From: Octopus sinensis
Lineage: Eukaryota
Length of the DNA: 53,772 bases
NCBI RefSeq assembly: GCF_006345805.1
Contig: NW_021833916.1
Span: 1 to 53,772 of the forward strand
Direction: 5' to 3'
In this document: one piece after another, positions 13,671 through 27,925 of the stretch
How the letters are laid out: the number at the start of each line of letters is the position of its first letter
How positions within the stretch are numbered: position 1 is the stretch's first letter
Notes under the pieces: model-generated
What the model saw: only the letters and a program-made list of their open reading frames with translations
Database searches by the model: none
What the model was told of the DNA's origin: nothing
Program-made: the position numbers and the translations under genes

Positions 13671-14392
13671 GGAAGTTACATATATTTATTACATATATGT
13701 GGAGGTTATATGTATGTGCGTATCTCGTAGTGTTAGCGTTAGCCTTTTCTCTATTGCTTGACGAAAATTTTTAGCTTCTTTACAACTCCTTAACTTAGTT
13801 GTTCGACACACGATGTTAATATAATTATCAGATGTAAAATACGAACTGTGATAGATTTATTTGACTGATTCTGCAAGTCGGTTACACCAGCATGGTCGCA
13901 ATCCAATGATCGAAGTAAGCGAAGGAACGTATGTTTCTCTCTCTTACGCAGTGCAACATGATTATTTGCCAAATACCGTGCGGTCATACATAGCATAATC
14001 TCTTTCAATGTTATTTAAATGACATAAATATTTTATACGCAGAAATTTCCTCTCGTATATTTAACAACACTCTCACAAAAACAATAGCAGGCAACAATAA
14101 AACACCATAAAATAAAGATTATGAAAACTTATGGTTATTTCTCTCTCTTTCAAATTATCACAATGGTGGTTATTATTCTTTTGTAGTTAATTGTTATGCC
14201 AACACCATTTTAAAAAGAGCCATTTTAAATATAATGGCATCTTTAATCACCATGGAAACACATTAATACAACGCCGTCACATATATTCTGTCAAAACGAA
14301 GTACTACTAATAATAATAAAAGAAATAGGTACCACTGATTTTTTTACAGTTATATTATTTCAGTAAAAGCGAAACCTTTATTTTCTTCATAT

Positions 14393-14799
14393 GAGTAGGA
14401 TTGTCATTGTGGTAAGCAGTTTGCATCATCCCAGTCATACAGTTCCGGATTCAGTCGAACTGCGTGGAACCTTGTCACTGGGAGGCACTCAATGTTATTT
14501 AAATGACATAAATATTTTATACGCAGAAATTTCCTCTCGTATATTTAACAACACTCAGTGTCTCCTACTTTTGCCCCATGCCGTCAAAGACTTGCAAGTG
14601 TATTTCGTAGACGGAAAATGAAAGAAGCCCATCGTATAATATATAGAGGTGCTGCAGTGGCTGGGTGGTAGGATGTTTGTTTTCCAACCACATGGTTCCT
14701 GGTTCTGTCACCTTGGTCATGTGTCTTCGACTGTAGCCTGGGCCCGACCAAACACTTAAGAGTGGATTTGGGAGGCAAAAATTTGAAAGAAGCCCGTCC

Positions 14800-14804
<5 letters not shown>
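14393..14804 (+). mobile_element. two tandem family A SINE 5' halves (14393-14640 and 14646-14804)
   Basis: Heads GTGGTAAGCAG..TTCCGGATTCAGTC and GCAGTGGCTGGGTGGTAG..GGTTCCTGGTTC, both ending in GAAAGAAGCCC. Confidence 0.75.
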
Positions 14805-14832
<28 letters not shown>

Positions 14833-14877
14833 GTTCATATAGGACGGGCTTCTTTCAGATACTTTATCATTCTTTTC

Positions 14878-15081
14878 TCCTCTAGGCATAAGGACCGGAA
14901 TATTTGGGGAGTGCACCAGTCGATTAGATCGACCCCAGTACGTAACTGGTACTTAATTTATCGACCTCGAAAGGATGAAAGGCAAAGTCAACCTCGGCCG
15001 AATTTGAACTCAGAACATAAAGACGAAACACTGCTAAGCATTTCGCCCGGCGTGTCAACGTCTCTGCCAGCTCGCCGCCTT
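14878..15081 (-). mobile_element. family B SINE
   Basis: Contains GACCCCAGTACGTAACTGGTACTTAATTTATCGACCTCGAAAGGATGAAAGG and ends at CTGCCAGCTCGCCGCC, the reverse complement of the head. Confidence 0.85.
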
Positions 15082-16821
15082 ATGAATAATTTATTGAAAT
15101 AACATTCGTATTTTCTTATGATGTTTTAAAAGCTTTTAATATTATATAAGGTATGTCTGTCTCCAACTTGTTTTAATATTTAATAAGATTTCTTATTCTT
15201 TTACTTGTATCAGTCATTGAACTGCGCCCAGGCTGGAGTATTGTCTTCAAAGGGTTAGTCGAATAAATTTTCTACAGAGAGAAAAAAATCAAATTTTTTA
15301 AATGTCTTTATGTTTGTCTGGAAGATTAGGTGAAGCTAACGTCCCCAAACACCGGTCGTCACGCAACGGTTGCCAAGCGACGTAGACACGTACATAGAGA
15401 AACGTACACACATATACTTACACATGTATACGGTAGGTTTCCGTACAGTCTCCGTTGCTGCGGCACGGTTCGGAACCAGACTATTAGAAAATCAGCTTAA
15501 CAGTGGTAGGAAATTCTTTTACATTATATTTCACTAATGCTGTACTCAATATCACGATTCCTAAGCAGAGCTGCTTGGAAAGATATGTATCCCTTGTTCA
15601 GAGCTATTGAACGAGTACAGCACACACACAGGCTCAAAATGCCGTACAATAAAACTGAACCCGCCAAAAACGTTTTGGGAAGGAAGATTCTGAACCACAC
15701 AATGATACGCGCAACAGAACATTCTTTTTATATGTTTCCCTACAATTTTACATCATCAGTGACTCACTCCTCTGATAATTGATTCTAGTTTTCTTGTTTA
15801 CTTCAATAGCCCCTTCACTATTCAAAATGTCTAAGTATTCAGAATTTTGGGGCCTTTTGTCCAGTGACTCACACCATTTGTAAAATGAATGGATTTAGGT
15901 TTCACCAAAGAATACACCGCATTCTGTTTCATTATGTACTTATTTTTCCGATTTTTATTAAGGGCTTGTAGTTATTTTTTCCATAAACGTACATCAATAC
16001 ACACACATATATACAGGAAGCATATATAGCCAAAACTATTGAAAGGATGTATTATTTAGGTCAGAACGGAATGTATTTTGATGAGTGTCAATTTTATATA
16101 AAGGATTTGGTTGGAAGACAAAGGAGAAAATAATCACCGATTCGCTTGGGGAAGGGTTTTTTTTAACTTCGGGGAATGCGTATGTAAAGTTTAAAATTGA
16201 ATGTAATTGCATTATGGTTAAGATAATCTAATGTGAAAAATAATTAAATTAAAATTAATAGGAAAGAATAAATATATAAAAATAAAAAATAACATGACAA
16301 TATGTAAATGGAAATGAATTAAAATGAATTAAAGTAAGAGAAAAATAATTAAATAATTAGGAAGAGTTTAAAAGGAGTAAAAAGCAAAAAGGCAATTGCC
16401 AAACGCATAAATAATCCAATTCTCGAGCTTTAGGATTAAAAATTATATCAATGAAATTAGGGTTAGGATAAAAATAATACGAATAATAGTAATAAATAGA
16501 ATAACAATAGGAGTTAGACAATTTAATAAAAGAATTTTGAAAAAATAAATAATATTGCCATTGTTGAGTATATTGAGTACATTAATTATTTTCAACCGAG
16601 AAGGAACACTCAAACAATTATATCAGGGTGCAATTATCATTAATCTTTTCCAGTTCTTTATTAGAAGCAAAATGGTGATGTTTAGAGAACGCCGTGTTGG
16701 TGTTAATTATTCGATCAGCGGGGAAGCCTCGTCAATCAGATATTGGTCGATTAATATGCATGATTAATAATTCGCGGGATTAGGTGAATAAAACTGTATA
16801 TTTCTTTCTTCGTTCGTGTTA

Positions 16822-17031
16822 TATATAGGGCACAATCCAGAAATTTCGTGGGGAAGGAAGCTAGTCGATTAAAGCGACCCCAGTAATCAACTGGTACTTA
16901 ATTTATCGACCTCGAAAGGATGAAAGGCAAAGTCGACCTCGGCCGAATTTGAACTCAGAACGTAACGACAGACGAAATACTGTTAATCATTTCGCCTGGC
17001 GTGCTAACGTTTCTGCTAGTTTACCGCCTTA
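16822..17031 (-). mobile_element. family B SINE
   Basis: Same diagnostic body and head motifs as the other family B copies. Confidence 0.85.
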
Positions 17032-17724
17032 AAGAATATATATATATATATGAGTGTATGTGTGTCAATACATACAGAAACATATATGCATATGTATATA
17101 TATTTGAGGGTGTATACATACACACACTCAGTCACACATACACACACACAGAACACTCAAAACGTCCTTCTGCTTTGGATGCCATCGCTGTTGGTTTTCC
17201 CCTTGTTATCTGGGACACAACAAACTCTTATAATCAAAAGATATTGCAAACACGATTATCTTAATTTTTTCCTGCACACATTGTTCCGAAAGCACCAGCC
17301 TTTTCGATGCAGATGATTTTTTTTAAAGCTAAGGATAATTTTCAGTGAGAAACCTGGTGGCAATTACTAAGCATCTACCCGTGAAATGACACTCGATAGT
17401 ATTGGCACAGGATTGGCATTGGCACCATTGCATACTATTGTGACCATTGAATCAGAAGTCAGCTGACGCCGTACAGTAAAGCATACAACTTCGCACACGA
17501 TGCTACTTATATATAACCTACTGTGAGATGAATAGGCACCTGCATGCACAGGAAATACAAATACATGCACAAACATGTACATATATATATATGTGTGTGT
17601 ATGTGTGCGTGTGACAAAGTGCGTGTGATTGTGTGTACATATGCGTAAATATACACATATGTATATCTGTGTATGAGTAATATATATATAAGTATGCATA
17701 CGTAGAAGCGTATAAGTTTGTAAG

Positions 17725-17782
<58 letters not shown>

Positions 17783-18539
17783 TATCTGTGTATATGTGTG
17801 TGTGTAGATAGATAGATAGATAGATAGAGATAGAGAGATAGATAGAAAGATAGATAGATAGATATAGATATAGATATATAGATATTTATATATATATAGT
17901 GAAAGATACATAAGCGAATATGTATATGTGCGGACACATACATTATAGACAGATATTATCTCACGTACAGGAAGCAATGCATAATCACAAACACACTCTT
18001 GTCCACACATACACGCACTCACAAATGCACACACACACACATATTGAGGCAAAGAGCAGCACATACATTTATGGCTATTAATCGTCGCAATTCGTTCAAG
18101 ATATTTGCTGATATTTTTATCCTCAACTCTGTCCAACGAACACGAATAATCCTAAACAGATTGTATTTGCTTGTTAACCAGTCTCCAAATCGCATCATTA
18201 TCCTTTGAGGTTAATCATAAAATTGAATTCTGTGCCCAGTTCGCGCGGCGATTGGTGAGGAGGTCGTGGTGTAGGGTTGTAGCTTGTAGGAAATCGTATG
18301 TGTGTGTGTGAGGTCAGAATGGCGAATGTTATGATGCGTGAGGTGCTGTTGTAGGCTGTGGTGTGGTGTGGTGCCTGGTGGTGTTTGCACATTCTCATTT
18401 GTACTCCCTTTGTGGTTGGTCAAGGAATTAAAATTCGATGTGATTGCTAGGATAAATCAGCTTAGCGCAGCGAAAGCCTTTCAACTGTGTTTCCACTCAT
18501 TATTGGTCGACATAAAAGAAAGAGCGTGTGTGGGAAAGA

Positions 18540-18575
<36 letters not shown>

Positions 18576-19173
18576 CATACACACACAAACACACACACAA
18601 ACACACACACACACACATTCATATATATATATACGTATACACATACACACATATACACATATATATACATACATATATGTATAGATATATGCATATGTAT
18701 GTATACATATTCTAACAGACACGTAACGTACAAACGGATAAGATGCATAAAGAGAGAATGGGAGAGAGAGACATGCAGATAGACGAGGAGACAGAGAGTA
18801 AGAGACGAATACATGCATTTATATTAATGCACACATATACGCACATATAATGATATGTACACACCACACGCACACATATATTTATCTGTCTACATGCATG
18901 TATGTATAAATATATATATATATATAAAAACATGTGTATATATGTACATATTTTACATGCGCATATACGTGTATGTATGTATACGTATATATATATATGT
19001 GTGTGTGTGTACGTGTGTGTGTTTGTGTGTGTGAGAGAGAGTGTGTGCGTGTATGTATGTATACATATATATGGAAAGATATAGAAAGAGTGAGACTGTG
19101 AGAAAGTGAAGACAGAGACAGCGGTACACACAAATGCATACACATACGCACACACATGTAGACACACACGGGC

Positions 19174-19232
<59 letters not shown>

Positions 19233-19593
19233 ACTATGGCTGCTCTCTTATATTTAAATATATATATATATATGCTTGTGTATGCATAGATATGTACGTA
19301 GATATATATAGAGAAAGAGAGAATGAGTAAGAGATCGTTCAGTGGTGAGGAAGAGATTTAGAGAAAATAAAATTCGGACAGACTGACACTCCGTCGTGCA
19401 GACAGGCAATTACAGAGTAAATCATATTTAAAGTTATTAACTCCCTAATTTATTTGAATGATAATAATCTCTGTATAACCTCCAGATTCATCTACATTGA
19501 TAATGATTATGATGATAATAGAAATCATATGATGCCTTTGGCCACGTTGGTAGGGTGGGTGATGTAATTTGCACTTGGAATTTGCGCAATAAT

Positions 19594-19925
19594 AACAAGA
19601 CCACTCAGAGAGATCAAACCTCCGTGAAGGCAGCACCAACGTCCTTTCAACGATTAGTCAGATATGATTTCTAAAATGAGAATATCTGGAATAAACTCGA
19701 CTGCTCACACAAACGGGGTAGAAATATAAAAAAAATAATCCAAAATCTCTATCTGGTACCGGATCGATCCCAAAATCTAATCTCTTCGTGCCAGTCACGA
19801 AGCCAAACATCCATTCAAGTTTCACCCGAATCCTTCCACCGGTTCTTGAGATATCTTGTCCACCGACAAAGAAACAAACACGACTGAAAACAATACCCCC
19901 GCATTCGCTAAGGCGGAGTCAATAA
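19594..19925 (-). mobile_element. Helentron/HINE (DINE-1-like) non-autonomous rolling-circle element
   Basis: One end has the subterminal palindrome CCCCGCATTCGCTAAGGCGGAG(TC)AATAA. The other has the matching subTIR ACCTCCG next to the short stem-loop CACTCAGAGAG and terminal AACAAGA. Internal AAGTTTCACCCGAATCC...TTGAGATATCTTGTCCAC is typical of this class. Confidence 0.6.
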
Positions 19926-20260
19926 GGCACAAGGTGCGTAACTGGTACTTATTTAATCGACCCCGAAAGGAGGAAAGGCAAAGTCGACCTCGGCGGAATT
20001 TGAACTCAGAACGTAGCGGCAGACGAAATATCTATTTCTTTACTACCCACAAGGGGCTAAACACAGAGAGGACAAACAAGGACAGACAAACGGATGAAGT
20101 CGATTATATTGACCCCAGTGCGTAACTGGTACTTATTTAATCGACCCCGAAAGGATGAAAGGCAAAGTCGACCTCGGTGGAATTTAAACTCAGAACGCAG
20201 CGGCAGACGAAATACCACTGCGAATTTCGCCCGGTGTGCTAAGGTTTCTGCCAGCTCGTT
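19926..20260 (-). mobile_element. family B SINE, dimeric (head, one full unit and a partial second unit)
   Basis: Two successive bodies joined at CAGACGAAATATCTATTTCTTTAC, the same junction as in the 45819-46600 array. Confidence 0.85.
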
Positions 20261-20832
20261 GACATTCTAGTATCTTATATTGAAGTTTCAAATCTACAAA
20301 GCATTTTTTGAGACTAAGAGCTCTATTGACTCCTATAATTCAATGCTATATATAAGTTTGTATATATTCAATTGGGTTACTATTCATGTATAAAAAAAAA
20401 AATTTCCTTGCACCAGTCGTAGATATTCTTTATAATACTAGAACAACGTTAACCGCGGCGAAGAATGGAGGGTGATGGAACAAAAACAGAAGTGCAACAC
20501 ACGATTCTGGCTATTGGCCATCTCGAAATGGAATAAATCATTTACGTGATTTAGGCTCGCTATGAATTATTAGTGTCAGCGCAGCATGTCTTTTAAATAG
20601 CTAAGCTTACAGAATCATATAAGAAGATTTTTAGTCTTGCTGTGAAGCTAAGCGATATAACTTAGACCGCTCAGATTTAAAAAAAAGGATGAATATGCTG
20701 ATAAAACGAGCGATTTTTTTCCCTATTATACGAATTTTCCTGACATATTTATGCGTATATATATATTTGGATGTGACAACCATATTGTTGAAAAACCTCG
20801 GGGTGAGATTCGGTATGATAACTACTCTTAGA

Positions 20833-21055
20833 GGTAGAGCCTGCCATAGTGTCTTCTACTATAGCTTCGGACCGACCAAAGCCGTGTGAGTGGATTTGGT
20901 AGACGGAAACTGAAAGAAGCCCGTCGTAAATACTTATTCTATCTATAAGTACTTGGCTTACAAAGAATAAGTCCTGGAGTCGATTGCTCGACTAAAGGCG
21001 GTGCTCCAGCATGGTCGCATTCAAATGACTGAAACAAGTAATAGAGTAAAGGAGT
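20833..21055 (+). mobile_element. family A SINE, internally deleted
   Basis: AGTGTCTTCTACTATAGC...GAAAGAAGCCCGTCG joined to the 3' tail CGACTAAAGGCGGTGCTCCAGCATGG...GAAACAAGTAA. Confidence 0.8.
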
Positions 21056-22289
21056 ATCAAATTGAAATATTGAAATGTCTTCAACAATATTTTGTAATTC
21101 AGATATAAATTTCTGAAGGACATTAAACTAATACATAAAAAAACTGGAAACATTTGAACATAACAAAAAATGCAACCTGCTGTCCAATGAAGAAAATATG
21201 TAGCTGTAATTCATAAAAGTTCGAAAGACAATCGCATAGAAACACTGAGAATACCCCAACCATTACACGAAGTGTAAATGTTGAATATATGTTGATTCCA
21301 GCAGCGAAATTCTAACAGCCTTGATCGGGAAAAAACTTTCTTTCTCACATCAACAACAACTGTTACAAGAACTTCAGCAAAATATAATAAAGTAATATAT
21401 AGTTGTAATCGTCAATGCAAGTGGACCAATACATAGAAGCGACGACAATAATTTAACGTTTTGGGGGTGGAGTACGTCTTAACTTCCAACAGAATTCAGC
21501 GATGTAAATATAACAGCGTTGATCTGGAAACATCTACAAAAATGCCAAAAGTCATATAATGACATTAAAAAAAAAACTACATTAATATATATAATTCCTA
21601 AGGTAGGAAGACCAATAAATGAAAAGCAACAAGCATAATTAAACCATTTCTTTTCTTTCTGTTTCTTTTTTTTTTTTTTTTCCCCAGTAAGTCTGTACTA
21701 TCAGCAGAATGCAACTGCGAAAATATAACAGCTTGCTGGCTCGAAGGCAAAAATAACTCACAAAAATTCTAGTATATCCAGCAAAAAGTTGTTTTCTATA
21801 GAAGATAGTATTGAAAGAAAAAAAAAAATTGTAATAAAAAAAAAGGTAAATAAAAGAAAAGTCATTTTATCGAACACATCGAGAGAGAACACACGCAAAA
21901 ACATAACATATGCACACACAGTATATTTACTCCTCCTTTTTGCACAAAAGAGGCAACAAAAACTGTAAGTTGCATTACGAACGCATCTTTCTTTTCGAAA
22001 CGAAAGCCATCGATAGCAATATATATATATATATACGTACATACATACATACATATATATATATTATATATATATATATATATATAATATATATATATAT
22101 ACGTACATACATACATACATATATATATATATAGATATATGTATATATATATATAGCAAAATCAATAAGCTAGTCTTTATTTGAAACTACAAACCCTTTC
22201 GTGAATGGATTGAAAGGATGCCTTTTTATATTTGCCTGTCAAAAGAAATATAGCTTCCTTGTGCAGCTTTTCAATATGTTCAATATGGA

Positions 22290-22312
22290 GTATAATAATA
22301 ATAATAATAATA

Positions 22313-22343
<31 letters not shown>

Positions 22344-22380
22344 TAATAATAATAATAATAAAATAATAATAATAATAATA

Positions 22381-22422
<42 letters not shown>

Positions 22423-22444
22423 TAATAATGATAATAATAACAAC

Positions 22445-22488
<44 letters not shown>

Positions 22489-22545
22489 TGATGATGATAA
22501 AAATAATGATAATAATAGTGGTGATGATGATGATGATGATGATAT
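22290..22545. repeat. (TAA)n/(TGA)n trinucleotide tract
   Basis: Directly visible. Similar tracts lie at 8667-8790, 25262-25510 and 26713-26813. Confidence 0.95.
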
Positions 22546-23145
22546 GCTCAAAATTGAAAAGAAGACACATGAATATGTACATTCTTCCAGAAGAATATCG
22601 TCCAAATAAAGAGAACGTAAAAGAGAAAGAGAGAGAGAGAGAGAGGGGTGACGGAGGCAGAGAGAGAGATATGCTGACTACACTTTATCCTGGGTGATGA
22701 TATTAAAAGAAGCAGCAACCTAAATTACAGGATATCGCAAGAGACTGGCTATTAAAGATGCTAATGGTATCAAGCCCAGCAATACATGTATAATATGTAG
22801 GAAAAATATGTCCACAATGGATGTTCCAAAATGTTATCACAATCCGCTGAAGAACAGAATTAAGACGGTGGGTAGGTAGGGTGGTGTGTTGTGAGGTAGT
22901 TCGGTGGAGCAGATGAGACAAAGTTTTCGGTTTCTTTCTGTGTATGTGTATATATATGTGTATATATGTAAGCGTGCATCTCTGCGTATGTGTGTGAATG
23001 TAGATAAATAAATATGGATACGTATATATATATATATATACACGCATGAAAGCATATGTCGTGGGGTATACATATGCATACACCTGCCTCACCTATCTGT
23101 CTCATACTCTCTCACTCTCCCAATATATATATATATATATATACA

Positions 23146-23305
23146 TGTAGGAGTGGGTGTGTGGTAAGTAGCTTGCTTACCAACCACATGGTTCCGAGTT
23201 CAGTCTCACTGCGTTGCAACTTGGGCAAGTGGATTGTACTATAGACTCCGACCAAAGCCTTGTGAGTAGATTTGGTAGACGGAAACAGAAAGAAGCCCGT
23301 CGTAT
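23146..23305 (+). mobile_element. family A SINE, 5' half
   Basis: GTAGGAGTGGGTGTGTGGTAAGTAGCTTGCTTACCAACCACATGGTTCCGAGTTCAGTC..TTGGGCAAGTG..GAAGCCCGTCGTA. Confidence 0.85.
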
Positions 23306-23310
23306 ATATG

Positions 23311-23341
<31 letters not shown>

Positions 23342-23408
23342 TTGTGTATGTGTATATGTATTTATGTATGCATGTATGTGTGTATGTATATATGTATGTG
23401 TGTATATA

Positions 23409-23950
23409 CGAGGTCTGATCAATAAGTATCCAGATTGTTGCCATAATATCTAAGCTAAAGCTGTTACAGATTTGAGGGGAAATCGTTGAATCGCCACGCG
23501 TGAGTTATCAGAGGATGTACAGAGTAGTTACGTCTCAGTTCAGTCAATTATCATTGAAGATTTGGGTATGAGGTGCATGTCTGCCAAGTTTGTAACAAAA
23601 CTGCTTTCAGCTGACCAAAAATACACACGGGTTTCAGCTGCACAAGATATTCATGATTGCGTCGAGAACGATGATAACATTTTTAAAACTATGCATAGGC
23701 ATCTGAGGAAGTATCGCCTAAGCTTTTGGTGATATTTGATGCAGATTTTCTGTTCAATTTTCTCTGTCATGGTCAATGCGACGATCACACGCTACTCACA
23801 TTACTTCCAAGCACTTCTATAAACAGAGTAGGGAGCCAGAACGTTAAAACTTAGTGCGCATGCACAGCAGAGTTCAGGGTCAATCTGTGCCAAACAGCTT
23901 CACTCTGCGTGCTTTAGCCTCGTTACTATAGCAACAGTCCTGATAATTTT
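23409..23950 (+). mobile_element. internally deleted mariner element with a transposase HTH/linker fragment
   Basis: The left TIR TA|CGAGGTCTGATCAATAAGTATCCAGATTGTTGCCATA..GCTAAAGC is inverted against GCTTTAGCCTCGTTACTATAGCAACAGTCCTGATAATT. 23478-23693 translates GNR*IATRELSEDVQSSYVSVQSIIIEDLGMRCMSAKFVTKLLSADQKYTRV, which includes a WVPHEL-equivalent motif. Confidence 0.85.
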
Positions 23951-24095
23951 AGCCGAACGAATCGATCCCACTACTTGATTTGTTTTAAAGCCCTATATTA
24001 TTCTATCGGTGAGTTTACGGAACCGATATGTTACAGAGATGTAAATACACCAACACCGGTTGTCATCAGTGGTGGGGAGACAAAGATACACAAGC
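23951..24095 (-). mobile_element. family A SINE 3' part, truncating the right TIR of the mariner
   Basis: TTCTATCGGT..GATGTAAATACACCAACACCGGTTGTC matches 755-830. Confidence 0.7.
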
Positions 24096-24186
24096 TTATA
24101 TTGGATCTGATGTCCCTGTGTCTTATAAAAGCAAACTTTAGTTTTACTTAAATTTTGTATATTCATTATTGTTCTATTGTTGGTGT

Positions 24187-24510
24187 GAAGGCGCGTGCCT
24201 TAGTGACTAGGGCATTCGGCTCACGATTGTAAGGTCATGAGTTCAATTCCCGGCAACACGTCGTGTCCTTGAGCAAGACACTTTATTTCACATTGCTCCA
24301 GTCCACTCAGCTGGCAAAAATGAGTTGTTCCTCTATTTCAAATGGCCGGCCTTGTCACACTCTGTGTCACGCTGAAACTTCCTGACAACTACGTTAGACG
24401 TACACGTGTCTACAGATTGCTCAGTCAATTGCACATTAGTTTCACGAGCAAACTTTTCCGTTGATCGTATCAGCTGGGACCCTCGTCCTCATAACCGACG
24501 GAGTGCTCCT
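24187..24510 (+). mobile_element. tRNA-derived CORE-like SINE (family C)
   Basis: GGCGCGTGCCTTAGTGACTAGG (A box), GAGTTCAATTCCC (B box), then CORE-like GTGTCCTTGAGCAAGACACTT..CTCCAGTCCACTCAGCTG..AAATGAG. Confidence 0.75.
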
Positions 24511-24854
24511 TTCATTGCTGGTGTTAATGAGCTTTTGTTTATTGGCCACAAGGGGCGAGCACGAAATAAAAAGGGACAATAGAAAACATTGGACAAGCTG
24601 AACTTAGCACAAACATACGTGTATTCAATAAATACAATGAATACAAAATATACACAATAAAATTATTAAGATAACTAAAAACACAGAAGAAAACGGGAGT
24701 GCCGCCAAAGGCCGTGTAAGGAAGCTTACGCATCCTGGTCATCCAGATTGTCATGAGTACCTCAGGCAAGTCCAACCCACATCCTCAAATTGATAACATT
24801 AATAATGTCACTCGATAGCATTAGCGAACAACGATAGCAATATAATAATAGTAA

Positions 24855-24888
<34 letters not shown>

Positions 24889-24986
24889 GGTGGTGGTGGT
24901 GGTGGTGATGATGATGACAAACGGAGAAAAGTGGGAAAAAGTGCAATTGTTGTAGTCAGCATGTTAAACTTACTTTAAAATTGCTA

Positions 24987-25026
<40 letters not shown>

Positions 25027-25375
25027 GCATCCTATGCTTAAGAAGCAATTTTGGCAAGAGGCCAATTTCCGTCCCAGCCTGACATTAAACCAGGTCAAAT
25101 GGAAACGAGACTGAAAAACGCTAAAAAGAAAAGTGCAAAAGAGAACACAAAAAAATCTATTGCTCAGGAAGGAAGAAGCAAAGATGCAAAAAGGAAGGGA
25201 AAAAAGAAAAAAAAAAACAGAACAAAAATCTAGCAGAAAAACTGGGCAAAAAACCCCAACATACAACAACAACAACAATAATAATAACTGTAATAATAAT
25301 AATAACAACAAGATGATCAATAATAATAATAATAATAATTATAATAATAATAATAATAACAACAATAATAATATC

Positions 25376-25416
<41 letters not shown>

Positions 25417-25874
25417 CAAAAAAAATAACAATAATAATAATAATAATAATAATGATAATAATAATAATAATAATAATAATATAATAACAATAATAATAAT
25501 AATGATAAATGTGAGGAGAGCAAAAATTGGAGGACTCTACATAGAACAGGCTTGTTTCCTGTTAATTAATGTTTGTCTATATATTATAGACTGTCACGTA
25601 TCCTTCTGTCTGTTCGTGGATGTTATATTTTATTTCTTTTCCCAGTTCGTATGCGTTCTGTGTGTGTCTCTGTGTGTTACTGAGTTTCTGTGTTTGTGGC
25701 GTACGTTGCGTATACTTGAAGGCATCTGTCCATGTTACTGCGTGTTGAACGATTTATAGTTCTCTTTTGCACTGGCAGTTGCGTGTAGAATGCACATATT
25801 CAGACACGCACACACATACGCACACGCACACACACACTCACGCACGCATGCACACGCATACACATGTGCATATT

Positions 25875-26025
25875 GGTGTGTTTGCGTCCCCGTAATCTAG
25901 CGGTTCGAATCTAACCGATCGAATAAGCAATAAGCAATAAGCACCAGGCGTACAAAGACTAAAAGGCGGTACCCCAGCATGGGCACAGTCAGTTGACTGA
26001 AACAAGTAGGAAAATAAAGGGATAA
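25875..26025 (+). mobile_element. family A SINE, 3' part
   Basis: AAAGGCGGTACCCCAGCATGGGCACAGTCAGTTGACTGAAACAAGTA tail. Confidence 0.7.
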
Positions 26026-26157
26026 AATATAAATATACATATATGTATGTATAAGGACAATCAGAAAGTTGTCATAATAGTACTCGGAGTTTCAAATTGA
26101 TGGAGCTAAGAGCAAAGATTGCTATTGATAGCAATTATTATTATTATTATTATTATT

Positions 26158-27275
<1,118 letters not shown>

Positions 27276-27344
27276 ATGATTATTATTATCATTATTATTA
27301 TTATATTATTATTATTAATATTATTATTATTATTGTTATAATTA

Positions 27345-27431
27345 TTCTATGTTTGACTTTTGCTTTATATTTGTACAAGTTGACTCCAAGTCTCACCCAG
27401 AGACCTCAAGAGACAACAGGTTGGAAGTTCA

Positions 27432-27435
<4 letters not shown>
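27345..27435 (-). mobile_element. 5'-truncated non-LTR retrotransposon 3' UTR in (TAA)n (possibly R4/Dong-like)
   Basis: Minus-strand GTCTCTTGAGGTCTCTGGGTGAGACTTGGAGTC...AAAAGTCAAACATAG runs into (AAT)n, with the same microsatellite on both sides. The clade assignment is from memory. Confidence 0.45.
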
Positions 27436-27468
<33 letters not shown>

Positions 27469-27749
27469 GTTGTTGTTGTTGTTATAACTTGCTCCGAACT
27501 CCGAATTATTTGTGCTGTAAGACATAAACACAAAATATTGCCGGTTCCTGAGAGATACATTTGAAGTTCTCAGAAAACTGGACAACCTCTTTCACTTTGA
27601 CAGAAATTTCGTTTGAATTATATAACGTAAGATCTTTGATAATGCACAATATGAATGAAGTTAAAGAAACAGAATGAAGCATTGTTCTAGTGCTTTGATA
27701 AGAACAGATGAAAGAAAACGTGTATATAACAATCAAAGCTCAATAATTA

Positions 27750-27925
27750 TTCGGGGAGTGGGTAATGTCCATAGCATGGATTCCCGTACGTGATTAACAT
27801 TTTGTTTTATCGTCCTCCGAGGGATGAATGGGAAAGTTGCTGTCGACTGGATTTGAAATCAGAACGTAAAGATTCGCAAGAATTTACGCATTGCTCTAAC
27901 CACTCTGCTAGCATGTCGTCTTCTA
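27750..27925 (-). mobile_element. highly degenerate family B SINE
   Basis: TTTTATCGTCCTCCGAGGGATGAATGGGAAAG..GATTTGAAATCAGAACGTAA. Confidence 0.55.

Noticed and set aside
25051-25759. Lys-rich and poly-Asn ORFs (60 and 208 aa)
   Set aside because: They derive from A-rich sequence and an (AAT)n tract, with no recognisable protein similarity.
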